Part shown: one piece after another, positions 1-12,900 of the stretch
How positions within the stretch are numbered: position 1 is the stretch's first letter
Layout: the number at the start of each line of letters is the position of its first letter
Source of the DNA: Nemertoderma westbladi
Taxonomy: Eukaryota > Animalia > Xenacoelomorpha
DNA: 64,000 nucleotides
Assembly: GCA_032718475.1 (NCBI GenBank)
Contig: JAUCBJ010007177.1
Location: 62,001-126,000 of the forward strand
Reading direction: 5' to 3'
Translations under genes and position numbers: made by a program
Notes under the pieces: model-generated
Told to the model about the DNA's origin: nothing
The model's database searches: none
Seen by the model: only the letters and a program-made list of their open reading frames with translations

Positions 1-768
1 CTAGAACTCTGTCTGTGTGTATAATTCTCTAGAACTCTGTCTGTGTGTATAATTCTCTAGAACTCTGTCTGTGTGTATAATTCTCTAGAACTCTGTCTGT
101 GTGTATAATTCTCTAGAACTCTGTCTGTGTGTATAATTCTCTAGAACTCTGTCTGTGTGTATAATTCTCTAGAACTCTGTCTGTGTGTATAATTCTCTAG
201 AACTCTGTCTGTGTGTATAATTCTCTAGAACTCTGTCTGTGTGTATAATTCTCTAGAACTATGTCTGTGTGTATAATTCTCTAGAACTCTGTCTGTGTGT
301 ATAATTCTCTAGAACTCTGTCTGTGTGTATAATTCTCTAGAACTCTGTCTGTGTGTATAATTCTCTAGAACTCTGTCTGTGTGTATAATTCTCTAGAACT
401 CTGTCTGTGTGTATAATTCTCTAGAACTCTGTCTGTGTGTATAATTCTCTAGAACTCTGTCTGTGTGTATAATTCTCTAGAACTCTGTCTGTGTGTATAA
501 TTCTCTAGAACTCTGTCTGTGTGTATAATTCTCTAGAACTCTGTCTGTGTGTATAATTCTCTAGAACTGTCTGTGTGTACTGTGTATAATTCTCTAGAAC
601 TCTGTCTGTGTGTATAATTCTCTAGAACTGTCTGTGTGTACTGTGTATAATTCTCTAGAACTCTGTCTGTGTGTATAATTCTCTAGAACTGTCTGTGTGT
701 ACTGTGTATAATTCTCTAGAACTCTGTCTGTGTGTATAATTCTCTAGAACTCTGTCTGTGTGTATAAT
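1..768. repeat. 28-bp minisatellite (CTAGAACTCTGTCTGTGTGTATAATTCT)n, about 27 copies, running off the window's left edge
   Basis: Near-perfect 28-bp periodicity read directly; three longer variant units (…GTGTGTACTGTGTATAA…) at about 560-710. Confidence 0.97.
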
Positions 769-959
769 TTCTAAACTTTTATTGACTACATGTGTACCAA
801 GTTGGTTCCATCTCATTAAAGATATGCCGACTTAGTAGCGTTCAAACATTTTGACGACGAAAACGATGACGACAGACGGGTCCACTAATTTATACCCCTA
901 CGCTAAGGCTCACCTGGAGTTAGTGGCTCGCCCCATAATAATATTAAAAATAGTCCGGC

Positions 960-1590
960 AAATTCAAATTTTAAAAGGTGTGTCTTAAGACTTGCTTTAA
1001 AATGGTTTAGTGCTCTGATGTCTCGTGGAAGGAAGATCCAATTAGTCGGGGCAGCAACCGAGAAGGCGCATCTTCTTATGTAAGTACAGTAAGTTGTATT
1101 TAGGGACAACCAGTAAATCTTGTTCTGCCAATCGTAGTACGAGTGTAGGTTATGATAGGGGGTCCGATAAGGTCCGCATAGCGAGACCTCTAGTATTCAC
1201 TTAGTTGTTGGTGGTGGTCGTGTTGTTAATTTCCAGTTGGGTTTTAGTAATAAGGCTTCATACGGTGTAGTAGCGAAGTTGGTAGAGCCGTTGGAATCTC
1301 TAGGTACCGAGTAGTAGGATTGGTTTGGTAGGAAGCGATTCAAGGAGGAGACAGTTCATGTGTTAGTAGACGCGGACCTCTGCGCGATTTCGACGTAGAA
1401 TCAGGTGCGCAACCATGTAAACATTGATATGTCAGCATGGCGATCTTGAAATCTATCCTACGTTTTACCAGCAGCCGGTGCAATCGCTATAATACTGGAG
1501 TGATGTGGTCCCGTTTCTTAATGCCCTCTAGCAGTCTCACCGCAGAATTCTGAACATACTGGAAATTGTTAACAATTTTAGCGGTAGTCT
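960..1590 (-). mobile_element. Degenerate 3' fragment of an L2/CR1-group LINE ORF2, interrupted by about 235 bp of unrelated sequence (about 1165-1398)
   Basis: Manual minus-strand translation of about 1570-1400 gives FQYVQNSAVRLLEGIKKRDHITPVL*RLHRLLVKRRIDFKIAMLTYQCLHGCAP. ORF 903..1109 gives RCAFSVAAPTNWIFLPRDIR…FKASLKTHLL. Both match typical L2 ORF2 C-terminal motifs (HITPVL..LHWLP, AFSVAAP..WN.LP, FK..LKTHLF); there is an in-frame stop. Confidence 0.8.
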
Positions 1591-1938
1591 TTATTATAGG
1601 GGATAGGTAGTCTAAGTCTAGCGAATTGTTATTATCATTTTTGTTTGTTACTTAAAAATGAACGAATTAATATTTCAAGATCCACCCGGGATAAATAGCG
1701 TGTTATTTTCGTTGAATTTCTGAGGTGCTAGATGCTAGAATGCATCTCAGACTGTGGCGGATATTTACTTTAGAAACGTAAGATTTGAATCCCATATTAC
1801 GCGCTGTATTATTGTAGCTGATTAAATCATTTCCAATTTCCATATTATATCCCCTTTTTCTTCGTGACCCCACCCCCAGACATTTTCGTTTAATTTCATT
1901 GACGTTTTAGACAAAATAAGCGACGTCCAGTCTTATTA

Positions 1939-2213
1939 GGTCCACCTTGGTGTAGTGGTTGCATTGAATTCACATCTCTCGGAGGTCGTGGGTTCGATCC
2001 TCGCATTGGCCAGTGCAGTTTTCGTTTCGGCACGAAAGCTTTAAAGGGACCAGCCAGGACGCATCTCAGCCTTGCATCCTCAAGTGGTAGCTAAATGAGT
2101 ACTGGAGTTTCCTCTCGGGAGTATAGCTCTGAGGGGACCGCACCGGAACTAAGTCGTTAGACTTTGTGCGAAATCCCTGGCCTAAACGACCGAAGAAACT
2201 TTACTTTACTTTA
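1939..2213 (+). mobile_element. tRNA-derived SINE
   Basis: Pol III A box TGGTGTAGTGG (1948-1958) and B box GGTTCGATCC (1991-2000). A non-tRNA body contains CTCAGCCTTGCATCCT…AAATGAGTAC, and the element ends in an (ACTTT)3 tail at 2198-2212. Confidence 0.75.
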
Positions 2214-2406
2214 TAAAGCAGCTATGGACACGAGAATATCTAAACTTTTGGTCAAGTTCCTGTTTACAAAGCCTTTTAGAGCACGGAAAACCACCTGGGA
2301 ATTTAATAATAGCGTGCAATATGGCGAAATATCCTAAAGTGAACATCTATCTCTTAACTGATTTACAATCCGTTTAAACTGAAACTTGGCAGGTATCTTA
2401 TACACC

Positions 2407-2495
2407 GTCAAGTAAGTTTGGTCAAGTAAAGTGAATTTGGTTAAGTGTAAAGTGAGTTTGGTTAAGTCAAGTGAGTTTGGTAGTCAAATGAGTTT
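2407..2495. repeat. Short degenerate tandem repeat, about 20-bp unit (AAGTGAGTTTGGTTAAGT-like), 4-5 copies
   Basis: Recurring AAGT(A/G)A(G/A)TTTGGT motifs seen directly. Confidence 0.55.
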
Positions 2496-2594
2496 AAATA
2501 CCGTCTACCAGACATGAGGGAACTTTCTCTATCAATACGTCGATCATCCCCCATTATTACTGACTCATTATATGATAGACTCTCAGTGACTCAC

Positions 2595-5500
2595 CTCAAC
2601 CTTAATCCATTCGTCGTCAGTTAATGTCGGCCATATATGGTGGGCCTCGGTGATTGTCGTTTTATCCGGTTTCAGGATAACCCGACTCCTATCCGGGTTA
2701 ACGTGCAACGCCCGAAGAATGAGAATCAACCGAGAAAAGGCAGTGTAAGATGATATCGTCTTTAACCAATCGTCGTACAAGTTAAACAGAACCATCTGGG
2801 GTTCCGTCGCTTTCAGGATAAGATCACCGAGTTTCTCAATCTTAAGACACGCTTGGAAGGGAAGTTGCAACTCAGAACCTTTAATAACGATATTAGGAAA
2901 GTCTAATAGATGTACCTCTAGAGGGTCTAACATTCCTTTACGAGTTACTATAATCTGTTTCGGTTGTTCTTCCACCGGAAGGGACCGGATCAAAGCAGCG
3001 CATTCCTCGGCCGTCTTCCACTTCGCCAACTGCCCCAGACGTTTCTGCCCCGCCCACACAGACGTGTGAATGATCTTAAGGAAGAGTTGACCCGTCCGCG
3101 GGTTGAAGATAAATATTGCACCGTTGATTGGTTTAGTCGTGAGGTTACCCTCGAAAGTTTTATGGATTGTGACTCGGTACACGTTTGTGTCGTCTACAAA
3201 CCAAATGATTTGATTGGAGAATAATTCCCCGTAGTTGTGCGAGCTCAGGTAAGGTTCAGTAGGCTCGCTGCTGTACAACTGTAACGCTTTCCTCACCCTC
3301 TCCCTCAGCACGTACAGCGCCGGGTTCGCTTTCATTATCTTCGCCATGGCTTGTTGGATTAAAGGTTTACCACCGGGGAACCAGTTTCCGTAGGCCGAGT
3401 GGAGGTTGTAAGCGAGATCGATAGCGATTAGGACGCCAGTTGGGGACGGGTAGATACTCATATTATCCGTCGTGTAGTCGAGGAACTTCGCTCGACCGTA
3501 TCTCTCGACGTCGTGCGAATCGTAGTCGCCCCATCGCAATTGGACGTCCAACCAGTACTTCTGCGACGTGGTCCCGTCCATCACGTCTTTAGTGTCTGCG
3601 AGCAGCGACGGTCGCGAAATGTTCCACTTGTAAGCGGCGAACAGTAGGATATCCGCGCAGGAAGAGTTCATCTTGTAACTCTTCCGGGGATGGATTGTTT
3701 CTTTCTGCACAGTCTCTATCTCCAATGCATCGAGTTCCTGATCAAACACTTGACACAAATCCATGACCACAGATTCGTGGACTTTCTGCCACAAATGAGC
3801 GCGGAATATCTGGATGAGCGAGATCTTTAGGGTGGGGATCTTGCCGTGCATGAATATCCCGGTTAGATCGAGTTGTACCTGGAAGCCGACATAGACGTTG
3901 GCCCGGTTTATGGTCGGGGACCACCAGAGTGTGAAGCGACGGTTCGGGATCTGGTTGAGACCGGAGCGCTGAGCGTTCGTCAACTTCTTGTATTTCATGG
4001 ATTCCTCGAAACCAGAAGCCTTCTCCCAGAACAGTCCCTCCCACGTAGGAAAGTATGTCCCTTTAAACAGTGTGTGTTCTAGAATACCTTCAACGCCGCC
4101 TAACGACTGTATCATATCTGTCCTGTAATTGTTTAGATTCCATAACTTCCCATCGTGACGCTGGTGAGTCCACCAGAAGGGATTCTGTTTGAGAACCTGA
4201 TAGGCCTTGAACTCGGTACGGACCCGCCATCCTTTATCGTAGGCCAGAGTGTGTCTGTCCTTCTGGAAGAGCGTATTAATCCGCGGGATTCCGCGATCCC
4301 ACGAATCCTCCAAGTCCTCCAATGTTAGTCGTCGATTCTGCGCGTTCGCTTCCTGCCGCTTGAGGGCGTACTCAGCCCAGACGCGTTGCGAGTCGATAAA
4401 CTCGGCCTCCCACGGGTTCACGTACCGGTAGAGATTGGGGATCAGTTGATCCTCATCGTGACTCATCCCGGATCGGAAGTGGGTGATCCCCGCGTCCGTC
4501 TGTTTGGACCACCGGAGATCCGATTGAGGGATTAACACGTGACCCATGGACAACATCCCGAGACCGCCGATCTCCTTGGGGGTGTAGAAAACAACTGGAG
4601 GGAACCGGGAAGGCATTTTAGAGTTGAGACCAATTTTAACCCGAGTCTGGATTTTATTCTCGCATTTAACCAACAAATCGAGTAATTCTTGGGTGTTTAC
4701 AACGGCTTCTCGGAAGTAAGTCATCAATCCTATGAGAGCTGTGTTCCATTTGTTTATGATCTTGGTGAAGGTGGTACTTCCGCTCGCCATGAGAATCTGT
4801 CTGATTCTGTTATGAAACTTCGTCATGGCGGCGTCTTCCACCCGGAGGTAGCACTGCGCAGTCCGCTCCTTGGTGACGTCATTCTGCAGGTTCCAGACGC
4901 CGTCCCGGTGGGTGAACTCTTCGTGGGCGGTGCGAACCTTCGGGAGAATCCGACACTCGAACCCGCCCATAGCGAACAGCATGTTGGGATTATCCTTGGA
5001 GAACACGGAGACGAAACTCCCGTCCCATTGGATGGTGGTGACGGAACGCGGCATCCGGTTCTTAATGTCCCAGAAGACAGCCCGACCGAGATTCACGTCG
5101 TGTTTCATTAACCGCATCCGGGAGTCCCGGGGCCAACACTTTTTATTGTTGTATCCGACGATGTTCTCGTTGTTCGGGTCGGGGTGCTCCGTTAGGTACC
5201 GTTGTATCAACTCTCTGGCCTCCTCCGCCGAGAAGCGGAAGAGCGCCCAGACGCGGTCTACGTACCGGGTGTACAGTCGGACGGGGTGGGCGGTCTCAGT
5301 GGCCACGTCCTGGAACTGCAGGAAGTCGTTGGGGAGCTGCGGCGGCCCGACCATCTCGGACGCCCGTTGCAACCCGAGGACCAGCAGGTCCAACATCAAC
5401 CCGTAGAACTGAACAATAAACGAACTGAACTGGAGGCCTCTAATGATCCCGTAGGAGTTGGTGTGGTTCATGTCCTTGTAGGTGATGACGATGTTGTTCT

Positions 5501-5663
5501 TTGCCGTCATGTAATCCGCAATGTTGTGGTCCACTATCAGTCGAAGGAGTCTGTTTAGTAGCGTCAGGTCTATCTTCTCGTAAATCTTATCGAAGTTTGT
5601 TTCCATAAGAACGTTGCATTCCCCTTCCGAGGTGTCCCAGACGTCTTGTAGATTATTGATTCC
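2595..5663 (-). CDS. PRPF8: Pre-mRNA-processing factor 8, large internal coding exon (3,069 bp, 1,023 codons; RT-like/thumb, linker, endonuclease-like and RNase H-like regions)
   Basis: Translation GINNLQDVW…[13 protein letters not shown] is unmistakably PRP8 (e.g. [47 protein letters not shown]). Acceptor TTTCCAG|GGA lies at 5664/5663 and donor GAG|GTGAGT at 2595/2594; both are phase 0. Confidence 0.97.
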
Positions 5664-5990
5664 CTGGAAATACAAATAGGATTGCATTGAACTACAATGT
5701 TAGTCGAGCTATGAATAAGAGCACCGACAATAAGCAATAGTGCGAAAATAATATTATTAAATATTATAAATATTATTCGCTGGGATGGATTGCGATTGCA
5801 CACATTAAAACATCAATGATTATAAATTATCATTAGTAGAACAAAAAAAGAGTCATGTCATCATTCTGAAGTAACGACGCAGTCGACGCTTGTCAACATA
5901 CGTGAGAAGTAATTGGGAATATCAAAGTAAGCTCTTAAGTAAGCTCAAAGTAAGAATTCATAACTTTTGCAAAGGAATCTTTACAGTAAC

Positions 5991-6252
5991 TATGAAGCGC
6001 CGTTTACGCCAAAACTATCTGAATAAATATTATACTCAAGATGTGTCAATAAAAAATATTATACTTAAGATGTATCTAAATTCTCGGCCGAGATTCTCGG
6101 CCGAGAAAAACTCGGCCGAGATCTCGGCCGAGAAAAACTCGGCCGAGAATCTCGGCCGAGAATTTAGATACATCTTAAGTATAATATTTTTTATTGACAC
6201 ATCTTGAGTATAATATTTATTCAGATAGTTTTGGCGTAAACGGCGCTTCATA
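5991..6252. mobile_element. 262-bp palindromic MITE-like element with 6-bp target-site duplication AGTAAC
   Basis: TATGAAGCGCCGTTTACGCC… and …GGCGTAAACGGCGCTTCATA are inverted over the whole length. AGTAAC occurs at 5985-5990 and 6253-6258. Six CTCGGCCGAG palindromes sit in the centre. Confidence 0.85.
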
Positions 6253-6719
6253 AGTAACCAATTAAAATAGATAAGTATGTATTCTTGGAAATAAACGAGC
6301 GTAGCGAGTTAGGTGGATTTGCAATAATTACTAATTGACGATGTATTTCTATGATATAAATGCGAGAGTAGCGATAATGTAAAGTTTGATGCAATTATTC
6401 GGATAATTATGTGTGATGTAATGCTATTTGTTAACAGTATTAGCATTAAATCAATACAGTGCACAGCACACATAATCAGTAACGGAATGACCGTACCGAA
6501 TGAACCCGTAGTGGTAGCTAGTAAGAGTAAATAAATGTACGAAGTCTGGTCTGGTTGTTTATTTAACTATATTACACAATGTTAGTGAATTTTATTAGGG
6601 TCAGAGTAAAACGCGGATCCGGATCAGGATCCGGATTCTATCATTTAACATTGTCCCTATGGAAGTCGACTGAATTTACATTTTTAGGGTGTAATCTGCG
6701 GATCCGCGCACTGCTAAAT

Positions 6720-9232
6720 TTACCGAATCCGTAACCGAGTGTAAAATGCGGATTGGCCTTTTTTTCAGATCCGGAACGGAGTGTAAAGCGCGGATTCATG
6801 TTTTAGGCTAAATCCTGAACGGAGTGTAAAACGCGGATTCATTTTCTACTGAATCCGGGATTGGGTGTAAAATACGGATTCAGGTTTATTACAAAGTTTT
6901 ATTAAATCCGGGAAGGGGTGTAAAACGCGGATTCAAATTAATTACCATGTTTTATTGGATCCGGGAAGGGGTGTAAAACGCGGATTCTAGTTAATTACCA
7001 AGTTTTATTGGATCCGGGAAGGGGTGTAAAACGCGGATTTACATTAATTACTAAGTTTTATTGGATCCGGAATGGAGTGTAAAATACGGATTTACGTTAA
7101 TTACTAAGTTTTATTGGATCCGGAATGGACTGTAAAACACGGATTTACGTTAATTATCAAGTTTTATTGGATCCGGAATGGAGTGTAAAACGCGGATTCA
7201 AGTTAATTACCATGTTTTATTGGATCCGGGAAGGGGTGTAAAACGCGGATTCTAGTTAATTACCAAGTTTTATTGGATCCGGGAAGGGATGTAAAACGCG
7301 GATTTACGTTAATTACTAAGTTTTATTGGATCCGGAATGGAGTGTAAAACACGGATTTACGTTAATTATCAAGTTTTATTGGATCCGGAATGGAGTGTAA
7401 AACACGGATTTACGTTAATTACCAAGTTTTATTGGATCCGGAATGGAGTGTAAAACACGGATTTACGTTAATTATCAAGTTTTATTGGATCCGGAATGGA
7501 GTGTAAAACACGGATTTACGTTAATTACTAAGTTTTATTGGATCCGGAATGGAGTGTAAAACACGGATTTACGTTAATTACTACGTTTTATTGGATCCGG
7601 AATGGAGTGTAAAACACGGATTTACGTTAATTATCAAGTTTTATTGGATCCGGAATGGAGTGTAAAACACGGATTTACGTTAATTATCAAGTTTTATTGG
7701 ATCCGGAATGGAGTGTAAAACACGGATTTACGTTAATTACTAAGTTTTATTGGATCCGGAATGGAGTGTAAAACACGGATTTACGTTAATTATCAAGTTT
7801 TATTGGATCCGGAATGGAGTGTAAAACACGGATTTACGTTAATTACTAAGTTTTATTGGATCCGGAATGGAGTGTAAAACACGGATTTACGTTAATTATC
7901 AAGTTTTATTGGATCCGGAATGGAGTGTAAAACACGGATTTACGTTAATTACTAAGTTTTATTGGATCCGGAATGGAGTGTAAAACACGGATTTACGTTA
8001 ATTATCAAGTTTTATTGGATCCGGAATGGAGTGTAAAACACGGATTTACGTTAATTACTAAGTTTTATTGGATCCGGAATGGAGTGTAAAACACGGATTT
8101 ACGTTAATTATCAAGTTTTATTGGATCCGGAATGGAGTGTAAAACGCGGATTCAAGTTAATTACCATGTTTTATTGGATCCGGGAAGGGGTGTAAAACGC
8201 GGATTCTAGTTAATTACCAAGTTTTATTGGATCCGGGAAGGGGTGTAAAACGCGGATTTACGTTAATTACTAAGTTTTATTGGATCCGGAATGGAGTGTA
8301 AAACACGGATTTACGTTAATTATCAAGTTTTATTGGATCCGGAATGGAGTGTAAAACACGGATTTACGTTAATTACCAAGTTTTATTGGATCCGTAATGG
8401 AGTGTAAAATACGGATTTACATTAATTACCAAGTTTTATTGGATCCGGAATGGAGTGTAATACACGGATTTACGTTAATTACCAAGTTTTATTGGATCCG
8501 GAATGGAGAGTAAAACACGGATTTATGTTAATTACCAAGTTTTATTGGATCCGGGAAGGGGTGTAAAACGCGGATTCAAGTTAATTACTAAGTTTTATTG
8601 GATCCGGAATGGAGTGTAAAACACGGATTTACGTTAATTATCAAGTTTTATTGGATCCGGAATGGAGTGTAAAACACGGATTTACGTTAATTACTAAGTT
8701 TTATTGGATCCGGAATGGAGTGTAAAACACGGATTTACGTTAATTATCAAGTTTTATTGGATCCGGAATGGAGTGTAAAACGCGGATTCAAGTTAATTAC
8801 CATGTTTTATTGGATCCGGGAAGGGGTGTAAAACGCGGATTCTAGTTAATTACCAAGTTTTATTGGATCCGGGAAGGGGTGTAAAACGCGGATTTACGTT
8901 AATTACTAAGTTTTATTGGATCCGGAATGGAGTGTAAAACACGGATTTACGTTAATTATCAAGTTTTATTGGATCCGGAATGGAGTGTAAAACACGGATT
9001 TACGTTAATTACCAAGTTTTATTGGATCCGTAATGGAGTGTAAAATACGGATTTACATTAATTACCAAGTTTTATTGGATCCGGAATGGAGTGTAATACA
9101 CGGATTTACGTTAATTACCAAGTTTTATTGGATCCGGAATGGAGAGTAAAACACGGATTTATGTTAATTACCAAGTTTTATTGGATCCGGGAAGGGGTGT
9201 AAAACGCGGATTCAAGTTAATTAGTAAGTTTT
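6720..9232 (+). repeat. Left arm: 53-bp tandem repeat (TTTTATTGGATCCGGAATGGAGTGTAAAACACGGATTTACGTTAATTAYYAAG), about 44 regular copies plus degenerate outer copies
   Basis: Periodicity read directly; each unit carries the terminal core GTAAAAC(A/G)CGGAT. Confidence 0.95.
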
Positions 9233-9569
9233 AATGAACAATTTGTAAAACGCATATGCAATAAAGACCCAGACCCTCATCTAGTTACAATTATTAATTA
9301 GTACAATGTTTATTGTTCTTTAGTAACTTTTCTTGGCTTGCTGACTTTCTTGGTTTTTTTCTTCTCCGGACTCGGGGTGCACGATGTTTGCGTAGTGAGT
9401 TCAAGCGGCTCAACAATGGCTGTATCATTGGTTGGACTCGGAATAACGAATCCCGTAAATGGAATCTTTACAAAGTCATCACTGTCATCCATGTTTAATA
9501 AGAAATTAAATAAGAAATTATACTGAACAGTTCAGCCTCCATAAATTAGGAAGGCAGCACGCTTGCAAG

Positions 9570-9733
9570 TGTTAATACTAAATACTGCTATATTATACCA
9601 CAACGCTTATTTATTACCAACAAACACTTTCACGCAATACAATCCAGAATATATTAAAACTAACTATTCTAGAACTTGTTCGTTGCACACGTTACTACAA
9701 TTATACATTTTACACATATCATAGATATTAACA
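9570..9733 (-). mobile_element. Putative 3' LTR (164 bp) of the copia element
   Basis: Bounded by 8-bp inverted repeats TGTTAATA…TATTAACA (TG…CA), with AATAAA on the minus strand at about 9610-9615. It lies 180 bp downstream of the pol stop; a purine-rich tract (minus strand, about 9746-9773) precedes it but is not directly adjacent. No second copy was found. Confidence 0.55.
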
Positions 9734-9913
9734 TTAATACAAATACTTTTTTTTTTTAGTCCTTCTTTATCCTAAATATATGTAGATATGCATCCTAGAG
9801 ATTCAATCATAGATTAGTATAAATTATGTTTTTTTTGTTGTTGTTCTAAATATCAATCACATGTGAGTTATACTCCAATGGTTTATAACATAGTCTACTG
9901 ACGAATCGTTACA

Positions 9914-12900
9914 TTATTGTAGAAAGTCAATTCGACCATGTTGTATACTCTCCAGGAGATGAAATCCGGATGCTCCTTTTTTAGTCAAACAATCTGCTAT
10001 TTGCATGGAACCTGGGCACCAACGCACATATTCAATTTCACCCTTCTCTACGGATTGTTTTATAGCCCCAATATCGATTCGTAGTCGCTTGTCATCAACC
10101 AATTTCGTTGAGTGAATGGCTTCAACGACACTCTTGTTGTCGACATACGCGCGGATGGGTATCTTTAAAGAATCACCATCACCAATTATTTCTCTAATGA
10201 CACCTCTTGTGTATATCGATTGCTCTAGACCTTCTTGAAGACTTAACGCCTCTGCAGCTATCGTAGACCGGACAACGCGTTTAATCTTGCAAACATTCCA
10301 AGAAAGAGGACAGGAGCGATTATCTATGCCAACTAGATACAGAACAAATGCCATAGTACTGCTCATTCCGTCTGCTAGATTAGCTAATGAAGCATCAGTA
10401 AATAAAATTAGATACCAATTGATTGGGTTACCTAAGTTTGGGAACACAATGAAAGCATTTCTATCTTTGACATTTAGCAAAATTTTTCTGATTCGCAATA
10501 AGTGTTCCATTCGAGCATCCCTGAAGTGTGTGCTAAGATCTATTAGCTCAAAGGACCAGTCTGGGCGAGACCCTTGCACGAGCCAATTAAGTTTACCAAC
10601 TAGAGACCGGTACATGGTAAGGTCAGATGGGCCTAAATTTTCATTTTTTGTGGACTTGCTCAAGGATAATGGTATGTCTTTTATCTCAATATTCTTTAAG
10701 TATGATTCCTGGTTTAAAATTATCTCATTAGGAAGCTGACATAATTCAAAACCAACGTAAGTAAATTTATGAGCTGCTTCCTTTCCCGCAAGAAATCTAT
10801 TGGTGAGATTCTGTATAACTTTTAACTCAAAGTTTTGATTTCCTGCATGCAGGAAATCGTCAATGTGTGAGACTAGAATACCGCAAAGATTGCCATCCTC
10901 TCTAAAATAAAATAGAGCAGGGTCTAATGGAGATTGGCTGCAACCGAGGGTCAACATCTCTTCTACCACACTATTGTAGAACTGACGAGCTGCGTCATTC
11001 AAACCATACAAGCACTTATTTAATCGCCAAATAGATCCCAACGGCGCATCAGCCTCCTGGGGTGGATTGAGGAAGACATCACGTACTAGGGATTCACCTT
11101 GGAGAAAGGCAGATTTTAAGTCAGTTGTTTTTAGAACCCATTTTTTACTGGAAACGATAGCCAAAAATGTGCGAAGTGTACATTTTGCAACTGTAGGAGA
11201 GTCTGTAGCTACCTCAATTTGCTCTTCAAATCCTCTGGCAACTAGACGAGCACGAATCTCTGTTCCCTTATGCCATAGAACCCACCGCGTCGATATGCAT
11301 GGTTGTCCGTTGAAAGGTAGCTCTTGATAGACTTCAAAATCTCTCAATTTTTGTAGCTCCACTAATTTTGCTTGTTGGCACTCAGGAGAAGACTGCTCTT
11401 TTCTGGGAATGAGAACTAAATTTACTTCATTAGTCGCATCACCTTGGATCCAAGGGTTAGAACCAAAGTCGATGCACCTCTGAACTCCATTAGACTCATC
11501 CACGTTAAACCAATCCCTATACTTTCCTGATGCTTTACCAGCACGACCCATAACAGTCGCTGTAAGCCATTGCTGTGTGTCATGATCAAGAAATTTAATA
11601 CATTGTGCTGAATGTGGCAAGGAGTTCACGTTATTTGTGGATTTTTGTTTGGACTTTAGATTGTTTGAGTTATTGTCTACATTTGTGTCTTTGTTAGATG
11701 GCACAATTGTCGAGATCATTTCCTGAAGACCGCAATTGTTGATTCCAGTTGAACTGGTTGGTACAGTATGCTTTAATACTGGTGTCAGAGCTGCTGTATT
11801 TCTTATTGTGCCACAATTGTTATCCACAAGTTTGGAAACTGCCTCTGGCTTGAACTCATCAGGAACTTGAACTGCGGGAATTTGTTCAAGTGAATTGATA
11901 GCAATGAGACGATTAGGAGAAAGACGAATGAATACACCTCCGTGACGCACGAACACCACCTTGCCATCCTGAAAAACCACTTTGGCAGGGCCCAGCCATC
12001 TATTTTTACTATCATGTTTATAATAAACAAGATCGCCATTCTGAAAAGTCTGTTCTGATGCTCGTACTTTATGTCTCAAAGCTCTACGAATACGCTCATC
12101 AGCTTCAGATTGTACAAAAGCTTCTCTAGTTGCATGAAGGGCGTTCAAATGGTTAGCAAATGCTTTACTTGTGGTTGAACCTTCCAGTGCTGGGGGATTT
12201 GAAGTCATAGTACATGGTAATTTAGGATTTTTGCCGAACACAAGTTGATGACTGCTGAAACCGTTCCACATCTGGAGAGAGTTTTTAGCCATATTTGCCC
12301 AAGGCAATAAGATATGTTCTGAGATCTGAGGATTATCCTCTTTAAGTTTACTGAGCATACGGTCTGTAATAGAATGATTTCGCTCACATAACCCATTTTG
12401 ATAAGGTGCTCGAGCAGCTGTGGTATGTAAATTTACATTTAATATTGAAGCTACTTCCCGTATTTCATCTGAGTTGAATTCCCCACCATTATCACTCATT
12501 ATACCGCCCATAATACCGAAAATAGAAAGCCAGTTAGTCATCATTTTATCAACAATGACACAAGGTAATTTACTTGAAACGAAGACGGATACAGTATAGC
12601 GAGACCATACGTCTACCATATGGAGTATCCACTGTTTTTCCCAAACCTTAAGATCGATAGCCACAACTTGATTAAATTCACTTGCCATTGGTAGTCCAAC
12701 AATGGGAATCGGTGGAGATTTTTTGAATCGCTTACAAACTTCACAATGTTCTACAATATCGTCAACTATAGGTTTACAACTATCTTGCCATACCTTAGCA
12801 TCTTTTAGGAGATTTATCAGTTTTTTGGGTGATGGATGAGCAAATTGACGGTGTAATTTCAGAATAGTTTGATGAAGGTGCTTGTCATCCATTGCAGTAA

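Noticed and set aside
1939-2012. tRNA gene
   Set aside because: A and B boxes are present, but there is no convincing cloverleaf and a SINE-like body and tail follow.
2595-5663. PRP8 intein (known in fungi and some protists)
   Set aside because: The translation is continuous across the canonical site ([14 protein letters not shown]) with no insertion.
2964-5803. Short ORFs overlapping the PRP8 exon (2964, 3742, 3873, 4249, 4689, 4870, 5202, 5570)
   Set aside because: These are antisense or alternative-frame shadows of a conserved coding exon with no recognisable motifs.
5890-6251. Two opposing ORFs with the same peptide (MKRRLRQNY…)
   Set aside because: An artefact of the palindromic MITE.
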